Positions 37,596 through 47,435 of a stretch of 57,491 bases of DNA are shown in pieces. Every line of letters begins with the position of its first letter. The stretch's first letter is position 1. The notes beneath the pieces were generated by a model, which was not told the DNA's origin, made no database searches, and saw only the letters and a list, made by a program, of their open reading frames with translations. This DNA comes from Spirochaetota bacterium (GTDB lineage Bacteria; Spirochaetota; UBA4802; UBA5550): contig JBHPHB010000003.1 of assembly GCA_042569985.1 (NCBI GenBank), positions 1-57,491 on the forward strand, written 5' to 3'. The translations under genes and the position numbers were made by a program.

Positions 37596-38273
37596 ATGAA
37601 AAAGAAGATTATAATTGCCATTGATGGTCCCGCCGGCTCAGGTAAAAGCAGTGTTGCTAAAGAGGTAGCAGTAAAATGTGCGCTGAAGTATATTGATTCA
37701 GGTGCGATTTACAGATCCATTACATGGTATGTATTGTCATTATATAAAGAAATTACTCCTGAATTGGAGTATATGGGGGACCTGGAAAATGTTAAAATTA
37801 TTCAGGAATTCATGCCTGATAGTACGACCCGCACATTTTTAAATGACAGGGATATATCAGAATTGATCAGAAATGAAATTATAAATAAGAATATTGGTGT
37901 AATTTCTGACCATATTGGAACAAGAAATTATGTGAATGCATTACTGAGGAAATGGTCTGAAAATGAGTCAATAATTATGGATGGACGTGATATCGGGTCG
38001 GTAGTTTTCCCTGATGCCGATTTAAAGATTTTTTTGGATGCATCTGTAGAAGTAAGATCTGCAAGGAGAACAAAAGAATATGGAGAAATGGGAAAAAAAG
38101 TTGACGAAAATGGGATCAAAAAACAGATTATCCAACGTGACAAGCAGGACAGATCAAGATCTTACGGTACCCTGGTGCAGACTGATGACGCTGAATATAT
38201 TGACACTTCAAATATGACAAAAGATGAAGTAATTGGTAAAATTGAAAGCTTGGTTAATGAGTTATTGATATAA
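37596..38273 (+). CDS. cmk: Cytidylate kinase
   Basis: IIAIDGPAGSGKSSVAKEVA, YIDSGAIYR and DGRDIGSVVFPDA. Lies in cmk-rpsA synteny. Confidence 0.92.
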   Translation: MKKKIIIAIDGPAGSGKSSVAKEVAVKCALKYIDSGAIYRSITWYVLSLYKEITPELEYMGDLENVKIIQEFMPDSTTRTFLNDRDISELIRNEIINKNIGVISDHIGTRNYVNALLRKWSENESIIMDGRDIGSVVFPDADLKIFLDASVEVRSARRTKEYGEMGKKVDENGIKKQIIQRDKQDRSRSYGTLVQTDDAEYIDTSNMTKDEVIGKIESLVNELLI

Positions 38274-38297
38274 AGCTCTTAATACTTAGACAACAGG

Positions 38298-39974
38298 ATG
38301 GGAGATATGGACTCTGTAATTGAAGAACATAACGAATCAATTGATATGGAACATATTGCAGAATCAGTTTTGGATAGTATTCAGCCGGGGATGATAATCC
38401 ATGGTGAAATAGTAACTATTGATGAAGAGTATGCCTATGTAAATGTTGGAACCAAGTCTGATGGCAGAATATCATTGGGTGAATTCAAAGAAAAACCTGA
38501 AGTTGGCAAGGAGATTGATGTAATGCTTCAGGATAAAAGGCTGGTCGATGGAGTATACCAGTTTTCAAAAGTCGCGGCTGATATTGAAAGGAATTGGAAG
38601 GAATTTATATCCTGGTACAATGAGGGAAATGATGTAATAACAGGAACAATAAAAAATGCAGTGAGCAAAGGCAAACTGATAAACTGTAAAGATATAATTG
38701 CCTTTCTTCCATTTTCTCTTGCGGCAGATATGAAAGGTGAATCAACTTCTGAACAAAAATATGAATTAAAAATTAAAAGCATCGATGAAAAGAAACGGTC
38801 TGTGATTTTATCCAGAAAAGATTTTCTCGATGAGGATTATAAAATCAGGTGGGAGAAGTTTGCCGAAAAATATAATGTTGGAGACCGCCTGGATGGTGAA
38901 GTAATTAAATTTGTAGAGTTCGGTGCCTTTGTCCACATTGGAGGGGTTGATGCCCTGCTTCATAGAAATGATATTTCCTGGAGGAATGTCTTTAAACAGC
39001 GTAAAATTCTTAAACTGGGGCAAGTGAGAGAATTTATTATATTGAATATAAATAATGACAGTAGAAAGGTATCCATCGGGTTAAAGCAGCTAACTGATGA
39101 TCCCTGGTTGAAGATCAATGAAAAATTCAATGAGGATGATGAGGTTCCGGGTAAGGTTGTTACAATTACAAACATGGGCGCATTTATTGAGATCGATGAT
39201 GACATTGAGGGTTTTGTAAATAATACAGATCTTTCATGGACAAGAAATAATGTGAGCGCACGTGATTTGCTGACAAAAGGGCAGGAGTCAAAATTCAGGA
39301 TATTGGAAATAAATAAGGAAGAAAGAAGGCTGCTCCTTGGCCTAAAGCAGACCATGGGAAACCCCTGGGAAACTATTGATGAGAGATTTCCCGTTGGCAC
39401 AATACTGAAAAAGAAAATTGATAAAATTGTAAAGTTCGGTATGTTTGTGGAAATTGAAGAGAATATTGATGGATTAATTCATATATCTGATATCAGCTGG
39501 GAAGAAAATATTAAGAACCTCTCTTCAAGTTATAATGAAGGTGATGAAGTAGAATTTAAGATCCTTGAAATAAAAAAAGATGAAAAAAAAATAGCCTGTG
39601 GTATAAAGCAGCTGACAAAATCTCCATGGGAACATATCAGCGAAAAATATAAGCCCCGAACTACAGTGAAGGGGGCCATATCCGGTATAACTCAATTCGG
39701 TGTATTTGTTAAACTTGAAGAGAATGTGGAAGGTTTGGTTCATATTTCTGAAATTTCAAAGGATCGCATTGAAAACCTGGATGACCACTTTAAGGTGGGT
39801 GATAAAGTTAATGCGGTAGTTCTGTTTGTTGATATTAGCAAGAAGAGATTGGCTTTAAGCATTAAACATTATGATATGGTTTCTGAAAAGGAAGAATTGA
39901 AGAGAATACTGAATGAAACAAGCCCTAATAAAGTGACTCTTGGAGACATGATAAATTTAAAATTAGATAATTAA
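38298..39974 (+). CDS. rpsA: 30S ribosomal protein S1 (six S1 domains)
   Basis: Six repeats of the S1 pattern (G.(V/I)...G.(V/I).....GAFV...G..G(L/F)(V/I)H.S(D/E)(I/L)SW). 558 aa. Confidence 0.92.
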   Translation: MGDMDSVIEEHNESIDMEHIAESVLDSIQPGMIIHGEIVTIDEEYAYVNVGTKSDGRISLGEFKEKPEVGKEIDVMLQDKRLVDGVYQFSKVAADIERNWKEFISWYNEGNDVITGTIKNAVSKGKLINCKDIIAFLPFSLAADMKGESTSEQKYELKIKSIDEKKRSVILSRKDFLDEDYKIRWEKFAEKYNVGDRLDGEVIKFVEFGAFVHIGGVDALLHRNDISWRNVFKQRKILKLGQVREFIILNINNDSRKVSIGLKQLTDDPWLKINEKFNEDDEVPGKVVTITNMGAFIEIDDDIEGFVNNTDLSWTRNNVSARDLLTKGQESKFRILEINKEERRLLLGLKQTMGNPWETIDERFPVGTILKKKIDKIVKFGMFVEIEENIDGLIHISDISWEENIKNLSSSYNEGDEVEFKILEIKKDEKKIACGIKQLTKSPWEHISEKYKPRTTVKGAISGITQFGVFVKLEENVEGLVHISEISKDRIENLDDHFKVGDKVNAVVLFVDISKKRLALSIKHYDMVSEKEELKRILNETSPNKVTLGDMINLKLDN

Positions 39975-39985
39975 AAGTGAATTAG

Positions 39986-40687
39986 ATGGAAAGAATTAAA
40001 GTACGTAAAAGAAAAAGAGATATTGAGATAGAAAGAAACATAATTGAAAGATTCTTAATGAATCTTAAGGGGTATGTTAAAAATAATAGGCAGAGGGTCA
40101 TTTATTTTTTTGTTGGATTTTTATTTTTATGCATTCTTTCCATTGTTCTCTTGATTTATATTGATACATCTTCTCAGGAGGCTCATGTTAAGTTTGAAAT
40201 TATTTTAGATAATTATAGAAGGAACATAAATGATAAGAAGGTCGTTAAGAAAACCATTGATGACCTCGTCAAACTGCGGAAATCAACATATTTTGGATTT
40301 GCCCGAAGGATGTCAGATTATGTCATTGGGAATATATATTTTTCCAATAAAAACTACAAAAAAGCCGAGATGTACCTTATAAAATATGCAGATTCAAATT
40401 CGCAGTCAGTTTTTACCGGAATGGCACTGCAAAAGGCTGCCATATCAGCCGAGGAAAGGAATGAGCTTGATGTTTCATTGGAAATTTATAAGAGGTTACT
40501 AAAAGACTATTCAAATAGTATTATTGCGGACCAGATTTATTATAATATGAGCAGGTTATATCTTAAAAAGAAGGATTTTGTTTCTTCAAAGCGTTATTTG
40601 GATACTCTTATTAGTTCATATCCTCAATCAAATCTGGCGAAGAGTGCAAAAACAAAATTGATGTTAATGGGAATTAATAAAAAATAA
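39986..40687 (+). CDS. Membrane-anchored TPR-like protein (YfgM/YbgF-like architecture)
   Basis: N-terminal TM VIYFFVGFLFLCILSIVLLIYI followed by TPR-like helices. Confidence 0.55.
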   Translation: MERIKVRKRKRDIEIERNIIERFLMNLKGYVKNNRQRVIYFFVGFLFLCILSIVLLIYIDTSSQEAHVKFEIILDNYRRNINDKKVVKKTIDDLVKLRKSTYFGFARRMSDYVIGNIYFSNKNYKKAEMYLIKYADSNSQSVFTGMALQKAAISAEERNELDVSLEIYKRLLKDYSNSIIADQIYYNMSRLYLKKKDFVSSKRYLDTLISSYPQSNLAKSAKTKLMLMGINKK

Positions 40688-40813
40688 AACCTTGACATAT
40701 TGGGGTTTGTTTTTTTTAGGTTATCTTTACACATATAAATTTCATATTGTTTTTTAATGTGTTAATAAAGGCAGTAACTGCCGATTTTTTAGTTTAATTC
40801 ATGGAGTATTATT

Positions 40814-41005
40814 GTGGCTGTACCAAAGAGAAGGAAATCAAAATCAAAATCAAGAATGAGAAGATCTCACCATGCTCTTGGAGTTCCAAATGTAAGGCCC
40901 TGTCCAAAATGCGGCTCTTATTCATTGCCCCATAGGGTTTGTCCTGAGTGCGGCTATTACAAGGGTGAACTGGTTGTTGAAAAAAAGGTGAAGATTAAAG
41001 AATAG
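40814..41005 (+). CDS. rpmF: 50S ribosomal protein L32
   Basis: GTG start. [19 protein letters not shown]. Zinc ribbon CPKCG...CPECG. Confidence 0.92.
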   Translation: MAVPKRRKSKSKSRMRRSHHALGVPNVRPCPKCGSYSLPHRVCPECGYYKGELVVEKKVKIKE

Positions 41006-41057
41006 TTATTATTTATACAAATTTTTATTTTATTTGTTATCTTTGATTTTAATAAAA

Positions 41058-41086
41058 GGGGTACCTGAATGGGCACCCCTTTTTTA
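41058..41086 (+). terminator. Rho-independent terminator after rpmF
   Basis: GGGGTACC-TGAATG-GGCACCCC (one mismatch) followed by TTTTTTA. Confidence 0.65.
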
Positions 41087-41241
41087 TTTAAGGAGATCCT
41101 TAAAAAATATACCCTGTCAATGAGTAAATATTATGTCTTGACAATTTTTTTTTTATTAATAAGGTTGATTCAATGGTCGTTATTTTTCAGTGAACTCTCT
41201 AAGTTATTTACAGGAATTTACCTTTATTCAGGAGGAAATTA

Positions 41242-41493
41242 ATGGCTGATGTTTTAAGTAAAATTAGGGAAATTATTGCCAGGCAACTGGACATCGATCC
41301 AAATTTGATTAAAAAAGATTCCCACATAATTGAAGATTTAGGAGCTGATTCTATTGACATTGTTGAACTTGTCATGGCCTTTGAGCTCGAATTTAACATC
41401 GAAATTTCATTTGAAGACGAGGAAAAATTAAATTTAATAAATGAAATTGAAGATTATATAAAATTAAAGAAAATGAGAGAAATGCAGATTTGA
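41242..41493 (+). CDS. acpP: Acyl carrier protein
   Basis: SD AGGAGG. LGADSIDIVELVMAFELEF contains the phosphopantetheine Ser motif. Confidence 0.9.
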   Translation: MADVLSKIREIIARQLDIDPNLIKKDSHIIEDLGADSIDIVELVMAFELEFNIEISFEDEEKLNLINEIEDYIKLKKMREMQI

Positions 41494-41555
41494 AAAGTAC
41501 AAACAAACAAAATAAAAAAAGCAGAAGCAGGCAGCTCAACAAGTTGCAGAGCACT

Positions 41556-42227
41556 ATGAAGGTTAAGTTTAAAAATAAAAATCTTTTAAACAGAGCGCTA
41601 ACCCATAGATCATATGCAAATGAAACTGAACTTCAAGTTAAAGATAATGAAAGGCTGGAGTATTTAGGTGATTCCGTTCTGGGATTAGTAATAAATGAAT
41701 ACTTGTTTAAGCACTATGAGCAATACCCCGAGGGGAATCTTTCAAAGATAAAATCGGTTGTGGTTTCCGAGGATACCCTTTATAAGGTAGCGGCGGGTTT
41801 AAAGTTGGGAAGTTTCCTGTTGCTTGGTAAAGGCGAGGACCAAAGCGGTGGGCGTGAGCGGCCTTCAATATTGGCAAATACCCTTGAAGCTGTAATTGGT
41901 GCCGTGTACCTTGATCTTGGGATAAAGGAGTCCAGAAAGTTTGTATTATCAATTATGAAAAAGGATGTTGAAAGAATCGATGGCCTTTCATATTCAAGGG
42001 ATCCCAAAACGGCATTGCAGGAGCAGGTACAGAAAAAATATAAAGAAAGGCCCATCTACGAGGTTATTGAAGAATGCGGTCCCGATCATAAAAAGGAATT
42101 TACTGTTAAGTTGCTTGTTAATGGTAAAGCTATTGTAACCGGGCAGGGGAGCAGTAAACGGAAAGCTGAGATGGATGCTGCGCAAAGTGCCCTGGAAAAA
42201 TTTGAAAATGGGGAACTGGATATTTAA
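41556..42227 (+). CDS. rnc: Ribonuclease III
   Basis: LLNRALTHRSY, the ERLEYLGDSVLGLVINEYLF signature, and a C-terminal dsRBD (DPKTALQEQVQK...GSSKRKAEMDAAQSAL). The track ORF starts at TTG 41490, overlapping the acpP stop; ATG 41556 gives the usual N-terminus. Confidence 0.9.
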   Translation: MKVKFKNKNLLNRALTHRSYANETELQVKDNERLEYLGDSVLGLVINEYLFKHYEQYPEGNLSKIKSVVVSEDTLYKVAAGLKLGSFLLLGKGEDQSGGRERPSILANTLEAVIGAVYLDLGIKESRKFVLSIMKKDVERIDGLSYSRDPKTALQEQVQKKYKERPIYEVIEECGPDHKKEFTVKLLVNGKAIVTGQGSSKRKAEMDAAQSALEKFENGELDI

Positions 42228-42676
42228 TGGAAACCACCGGCATTGTCAGGGTCAGAGTGGCGGGCATTCTAATTAATGATGACAAGCTCTTATTGATATC
42301 ACATAAAAAAGACGGTGATGTTTACTGGCTCCTCCCCGGCGGCGGTGTGAATTTTGGAGAATCACTTGAAGAGGGTTTAAAGCGTGAATTCCTGGAAGAA
42401 TTAAATATCCATGTTCAAGTACATGATGTTGCATTAATAAATGATTCAATTGCCCCTTCCGGTGAAAGGCACATAATTAATATATGTTTTAATTGTTCTT
42501 ATACCGGTGGAGAGTATACCGTTGGAAATGAGGAGAGACTTCAAAAGTATGATTTTTTTAGCAGGGATGACCTGGAATCGATAAAGGTTTACCCCCCCGT
42601 AAACAGTCATCTGGTTAAAGCAATGGATAATGAGAATGAAAATAAATATATTGGAAAAATATGGCTCGATAAATGA
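42227..42676 (+). CDS. NUDIX hydrolase
   Basis: Nudix box GGGVNFGESLEEGLKREFLEELNI. Confidence 0.85.
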   Translation: METTGIVRVRVAGILINDDKLLLISHKKDGDVYWLLPGGGVNFGESLEEGLKREFLEELNIHVQVHDVALINDSIAPSGERHIINICFNCSYTGGEYTVGNEERLQKYDFFSRDDLESIKVYPPVNSHLVKAMDNENENKYIGKIWLDK

Positions 42677-43761
42677 ATAAAATAAAAGTTAAAATAAAAA
42701 ATATAAGTTATAATATCTTTATCGGCAAGGAGATATTTCAGTCACTCAGGGAAAAGTTAAATGGGCATTCTTATGACAGGGTGGCAGTTGTTGTAAGCTC
42801 CAGGGTATATGAACTTCACCGCAAGTATATTGATGAATCCATCGGCGGTTTAGATTATGGTTTATATGTCATGGAAGATTCCGAGGAGAACAAGAACTAT
42901 AGCTTTGCCGAGCAGTTTTTTGAGCAGTTTCTTAAAAATGGATTAACCAGGAAATCTGCCGTGATTGCCATTGGAGGAGGTGTCGTTGGAGATTTTGCCG
43001 GGTATTTGGCTGCAATATATATGAGGGGAATTCCTGTAATCCATGTGCCCACAACCCTTCTGGCAATGGTGGATTCAAGTATTGGCGGAAAGGTTGCAGT
43101 TAATTGTTCAGTAGGTAAGAACATACTGGGGGCTTTTCATCAGCCAGGGATGGTTATAAGCGATATTACTTTCCTTGAGACATTGCCACATAAAGAATTT
43201 AAAAACGGTATGTCTGAGATTTTGAAACATGGCCTGCTGGGAGAAAAGAAAACTCTTGGTATTCTTGAGGACAACGATAACTATGAATCCATTAAACAAA
43301 ATAAGATTCTTTTAGAGCTTATTTATCAATCTGCATTGTTCAAGTCAACTGTTGTAGAGAAGGATGAGAAAGAAAAGGGGCTTCGGGCAATTCTTAATTT
43401 GGGACATACTATCGGTCATGCAATAGAGTCTTTTCAAAAATTTAAAAATATTTCTCACGGTGAAGCAGTTTCTATGGGAATAATCGCAGAAATGGATATT
43501 TCCAGAAAGCTTGGCTGGATATCATCTGAAGAATATGAGCGGGTAGGCGGGATTATTAAAAAGCTCGATCTCATCGATAGTGAAATTGATGCTTCTCCAA
43601 CTGAAATAATTGACCATATGAAATATGATAAAAAGAAGTCTGACGATACAGTTAAATTTGCATTGCTTAAAAGTATTTTTAAACCTGTTTTCAACCAGGT
43701 TGTAGATGATAATATATTAGAAGAAGTTCTCTCAGGTATTTTTGGTAATAACAAATTATAA
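42673..43761 (+). CDS. aroB: 3-dehydroquinate synthase
   Basis: IAIGGGVVGDFAGYLAAIYMRGIPVIHVPTTLLAMVDSSIGGKVAVN, LNLGHTIGHAIE and HGEAVSMG. Confidence 0.92.
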   Translation: MNKIKVKIKNISYNIFIGKEIFQSLREKLNGHSYDRVAVVVSSRVYELHRKYIDESIGGLDYGLYVMEDSEENKNYSFAEQFFEQFLKNGLTRKSAVIAIGGGVVGDFAGYLAAIYMRGIPVIHVPTTLLAMVDSSIGGKVAVNCSVGKNILGAFHQPGMVISDITFLETLPHKEFKNGMSEILKHGLLGEKKTLGILEDNDNYESIKQNKILLELIYQSALFKSTVVEKDEKEKGLRAILNLGHTIGHAIESFQKFKNISHGEAVSMGIIAEMDISRKLGWISSEEYERVGGIIKKLDLIDSEIDASPTEIIDHMKYDKKKSDDTVKFALLKSIFKPVFNQVVDDNILEEVLSGIFGNNKL

Positions 43762-43774
43762 TTGGCGGGTAAAA

Positions 43775-44125
43775 TTGAAAGATTATATTAATTATTCCAT
43801 AACAGAGTATGAAGGGATCAAAGTAGTAGAACTTGTTGGCAGCCTTGCTTCAAATACTATTAAACAGCTTGAGTCGCTTATACTTCCTGTTATTGAAAAT
43901 GAAAGTGTCATGATAAATATGTCTAATATAAGGAGTGTAACCACCGCTGGTATAAATACTATCATGGACCTGTCTTTTGTAGCAAAAGAAAAAGGCAGAA
44001 GGATAGTTATCCTCTGGCCAAATGATGACCTCTTAAATATGACCGAAATGCTGGATGTCCATGAATTTCTCATTTATGCTGAAAGTATGGAAGAGGGGAG
44101 AACGAAAATAAAGTTTTACACTTAG
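43775..44125 (+). CDS. STAS-domain protein (anti-sigma-factor antagonist, SpoIIAA/RsbV-like)
   Basis: IKVVELVGSLASNT... and MSNIRSVTTAGINTIMDL (a phosphorylatable S/T position). Start is uncertain: TTG 43775, or TTG 43742 overlapping aroB. Confidence 0.6.
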   Translation: MKDYINYSITEYEGIKVVELVGSLASNTIKQLESLILPVIENESVMINMSNIRSVTTAGINTIMDLSFVAKEKGRRIVILWPNDDLLNMTEMLDVHEFLIYAESMEEGRTKIKFYT

Positions 44126-44128
44126 AAG

Positions 44129-44902
44129 TCAATTTTCAGGAAACAGGTGCACCTCGGGCTTTCCGTTATAGATATTTCTTGAAATGAAAACATCTGTTGA
44201 AAAATATTTTTTGATCATTTTCGCATCCACCATATCAGGTGGTCCTTCCATTCCAATATGTCCGTCATCTAAAATAATTATCCTGTCGCACGTCTGCAGA
44301 ATGAAATTAATATTATTTGAAGATATTATCACAATTTTATCTCCGTTGAATATATATCTCATTATTGCTTTCCGTAAAATTATTATAGCCTCCAGGTCGA
44401 GATTTTCAGTAGGATTATCCAGTAGTAGTACATCAGTTTCCCGGATAAATGTATGTGCCAGTATTAATTTTTGTAATTTGCAATGGCATAGGGTATTGAT
44501 TTTATCGATCCTGTTTTCATCAATTTTAAAAATACCCATATACTTTTCAACCAACTGTTTATCATAATCATTAAAGGGCTTAAAGAATTTTTTAAAGGGA
44601 ATTCTTGAAAGCATGAGGTAATTATAAAGGCTGTCATCGATGTTGGCGGGCAAATCATTTTGGGAATAAGATATTGTTTGGTGCAATTTTTTGCGGGAAA
44701 ATGATTTGAGTGGTGTATTATTGAGATTTACTTCACCGTGAATTATTTTTGTTTTACCTGACAATATTTTAAGGAAGGCACTTTTACCCGAACCGGATTT
44801 ACCTATAATACCGATGATTTCACCTGAGTTAAGGGTAAGAGAAATATCTTTAAGTATCTGTTTTTTGCCATAGGCAAACTTCAGGTTTTTAATTTCTATC
44901 AT
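44129..44902 (-). CDS. ABC-transporter nucleotide-binding protein (FecE/BtuD-like) with degenerate catalytic motifs
   Basis: Walker A GKSGSGKS is intact. The signature position reads LCHCK instead of LSGGE/Q. Walker B reads LLLDNPT (Glu to Asn). The H-loop reads SSNNIN (His to Asn). Confidence 0.75.
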   Translation of the reverse strand: MIEIKNLKFAYGKKQILKDISLTLNSGEIIGIIGKSGSGKSAFLKILSGKTKIIHGEVNLNNTPLKSFSRKKLHQTISYSQNDLPANIDDSLYNYLMLSRIPFKKFFKPFNDYDKQLVEKYMGIFKIDENRIDKINTLCHCKLQKLILAHTFIRETDVLLLDNPTENLDLEAIIILRKAIMRYIFNGDKIVIISSNNINFILQTCDRIIILDDGHIGMEGPPDMVDAKMIKKYFSTDVFISRNIYNGKPEVHLFPEN

Positions 44903-45785
44903 AGATGATGATCCTTTTATTATTTCTTATGTAGAATGTTGCGTATGTTAATATTACGGAGATAAAGACAACAAGTAATTTATCCATAAATACCGTAAGC
45001 GCTAATAACACCTGTGTGTACAATATAATAAGCAATGCCGATTCAAGTTTACTTGCAAAATCGTTTTTCCTGAAGAAAAAGTAGTAACCGATCCCTCCAA
45101 GAAGGCCAAGGAAAAGAATTGAAATTGACAATAGGAGGTTTTTCATAATGGATATGGCAATGCGGCTTATTTTATAATTTATTCCACTTAGCCCGTAGTA
45201 AAAAGGGCCATGTGAAAAAAGGAATAGCTCAGGTCTGAATACAAGGTAGATTACAAACAAGAATGCCGCCACCCCCGTTAGTATTGAAAGATGGGTATAA
45301 TTCATTATTAAAGAATGATAGTAGCCGGAAAGGGCCTGCGTAATTAATATGGCATTGAAATTCCTGTCATTGTATAATAAATATAAAATTATTATTGTAG
45401 AAATTATATGAACGTAAAAACCAACGAGGGCAACTTCACCGGTTTTTTGTTTTATTATCATTTTAAAAAAAATATCTGCCAGTGAGAGTAAAAAAGTAAC
45501 TGCAAGAAAAACGATAAATATATTACTCGTAATAAACCTTACTGTTATAATTATTGTTAATATGGCCAGAGATGCTTCCCATGTTTGAACATAATCACAA
45601 TCATACATGCTGCTTAAATTAGAATAGTTGAGAAAGAGAATATATATGAGCGATCCCGTGAGGAACATCACAAGTGTCTTGAAGGGTAAATCCATGAGTA
45701 AATTTGTGGCTAAAACAATGAAGCAGAGGAACACCAGGATAACCGGATAGAATATATCATTTTTATTAAATGCATCCTGGCTCAA
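44889..45785 (-). CDS. Polytopic membrane protein, highly diverged FecCD/BtuC-like permease
   Basis: About 8-9 TM segments. LFLFSHGPFYYGLSGINYKISRIAISIMKNLLLSISILFLGLLGGIGYY resembles the conserved FecCD L..LG...A..LG(I/V)N....R segment. Overlaps the ATPase gene by 14 nt. Confidence 0.5.
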   Translation of the reverse strand: MSQDAFNKNDIFYPVILVFLCFIVLATNLLMDLPFKTLVMFLTGSLIYILFLNYSNLSSMYDCDYVQTWEASLAILTIIITVRFITSNIFIVFLAVTFLLSLADIFFKMIIKQKTGEVALVGFYVHIISTIIILYLLYNDRNFNAILITQALSGYYHSLIMNYTHLSILTGVAAFLFVIYLVFRPELFLFSHGPFYYGLSGINYKISRIAISIMKNLLLSISILFLGLLGGIGYYFFFRKNDFASKLESALLIILYTQVLLALTVFMDKLLVVFISVILTYATFYIRNNKRIIIYDRN

Positions 45786-45809
45786 TTTGTTACCCCGGAT
45801 ATTTTTGTT

Positions 45810-47264
45810 TTACTCGTCTTTTTTCTTTTCTTTTTCAATTTCCCTGACAATCCTTTTTAAATATCTGTTTTTGCTGGCCAGTTTTTTATATTTATCATAA
45901 TAAATCAGGTTGATGAGAATTTCTTTTGCCCTGTCCTTTCTGCCGCTGCGGGAATAGGCCATGGACAGAATTAATTTATCATCATCATTGAGATATAGCT
46001 TTTCAAAAAGCTCTATTGATTTTTTTATCCTGTTAAGTTTATAGTAAATTTTTGCCTCCAGCAGTTGTACATCAGTGCCGCGGTAATTCTCGGGAAGCTG
46101 AGATATAATACTCAGTGCTTTCCTGTAGTTCCCCCTCTTGTAATGCTCATTCATAAGAATTCTAAATGCCTTTATGTATTTACCGGGGTCTTTGTTTTTT
46201 GTTATATTAAAGAGGTTATCGAAGTATCTCACAAACCTGGAGTCGTTTTTCTTATAATAAATGCTGCCTATCTGGTAAAGAACTGAAGTGTGGTTTCCCT
46301 TTATTCTGTTTGCCATTTTCAGGTGTTTCAAAGCACTTTCATATTGCTTTTGCTTTATATTGATAGCGGAAATAAGAATTAGAAGCTTAAAGGACTTACC
46401 TCTAAGTGATATGGCATCTAATATGTCCTCTTCGGCTTTGTCATAATCTCCTTCTTTATAATAGGAGGTGCCCCTTTTGACCTTAATCATGTATTCAGTC
46501 TTTCTGCTGATAAAGCCATATTCCAATGAATTTGTTAAGTATTCAATAGTATTCCGGTAATATCCTTTATTGAAATTAATTTCCCCCATGATTAAATGAA
46601 CTTCGGCATAGAATGGTATTTTTGAGGCGATCTCACTTAAATATGAAGATGCCGTGTCAATTTCATTATTTCTATATGCATGCATGCCCAGTTCAAATTT
46701 TGGTGCAAGAAAGAAAGCATCCAGATTTGCAGCCTCTTTGAAAAGCTCCAGTGCTTTATCATACTTTTTTCTTTCCTTGAGTTTCAATCCCTGCTTATAT
46801 TTTTTAATGGCGGCTTTATTTTCTGTCCAAAGAAATTTATTTATTAATGATTCAATTTTCTGTTTGGCACTGTAATCCCTTAATTTATTCCACATCTTTT
46901 TACAGGTTTTAACAACTTCATTGTAATTGCCCTTCTGATCGGCCAGTACAATGAGGTTCCAGAAAGCATTCTTCCTGTACTTTTTTGTCATATATTTTGA
47001 ATCAACTGCCTTATTAAAGAACTCTTCAGCTTCTTTGAAATTACCCTGGAGCTTTTCAATTTCACCCAGGAAATAATATGAATCGCCGTGCTCACTTTTT
47101 TCCACAGCCCTGAGAAACATCTCCTTGGCTTTGTCGTATTTTTTAAATGTAAAGTAGGTTCGCCCCCTGTTGTAATAACCGGCCATAAGGCCTGAATTAA
47201 GGGTAAAGAGAAAAAGAATTGATATTACAATTATCAGGACTTTTTTGGTTTTTACAAGTTTCAT
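45810..47264 (-). CDS. Secreted/anchored TPR-repeat protein (484 aa)
   Basis: N-terminal hydrophobic signal VLIIVISILFLFTLNSGLMA, followed by repeated TPR-like units. Confidence 0.75.
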   Translation of the reverse strand: MKLVKTKKVLIIVISILFLFTLNSGLMAGYYNRGRTYFTFKKYDKAKEMFLRAVEKSEHGDSYYFLGEIEKLQGNFKEAEEFFNKAVDSKYMTKKYRKNAFWNLIVLADQKGNYNEVVKTCKKMWNKLRDYSAKQKIESLINKFLWTENKAAIKKYKQGLKLKERKKYDKALELFKEAANLDAFFLAPKFELGMHAYRNNEIDTASSYLSEIASKIPFYAEVHLIMGEINFNKGYYRNTIEYLTNSLEYGFISRKTEYMIKVKRGTSYYKEGDYDKAEEDILDAISLRGKSFKLLILISAINIKQKQYESALKHLKMANRIKGNHTSVLYQIGSIYYKKNDSRFVRYFDNLFNITKNKDPGKYIKAFRILMNEHYKRGNYRKALSIISQLPENYRGTDVQLLEAKIYYKLNRIKKSIELFEKLYLNDDDKLILSMAYSRSGRKDRAKEILINLIYYDKYKKLASKNRYLKRIVREIEKEKKKDE

Positions 47265-47435
47265 AATAAAATTTATACCTCGCTAATATGTTGATTAAAC
47301 ATCAATAATGTTGTCAAGTTATTTTGAATAATTGTTTTATCCGGTGGAGGTGCCGGGATGGAGAGCGCAAAACATAAGGGTATAAATGTTAAAAACAAGA
47401 ATTTATAGAAAATAATAGATACAACCAGTCTAATT

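Noticed and set aside
40686-40718. Possible terminator after the TPR-like gene (AAACC...GGTTT followed by T8)
   Set aside because: The stem is only 5 bp with two GC pairs and a 12-nt loop, which is too weak to call.
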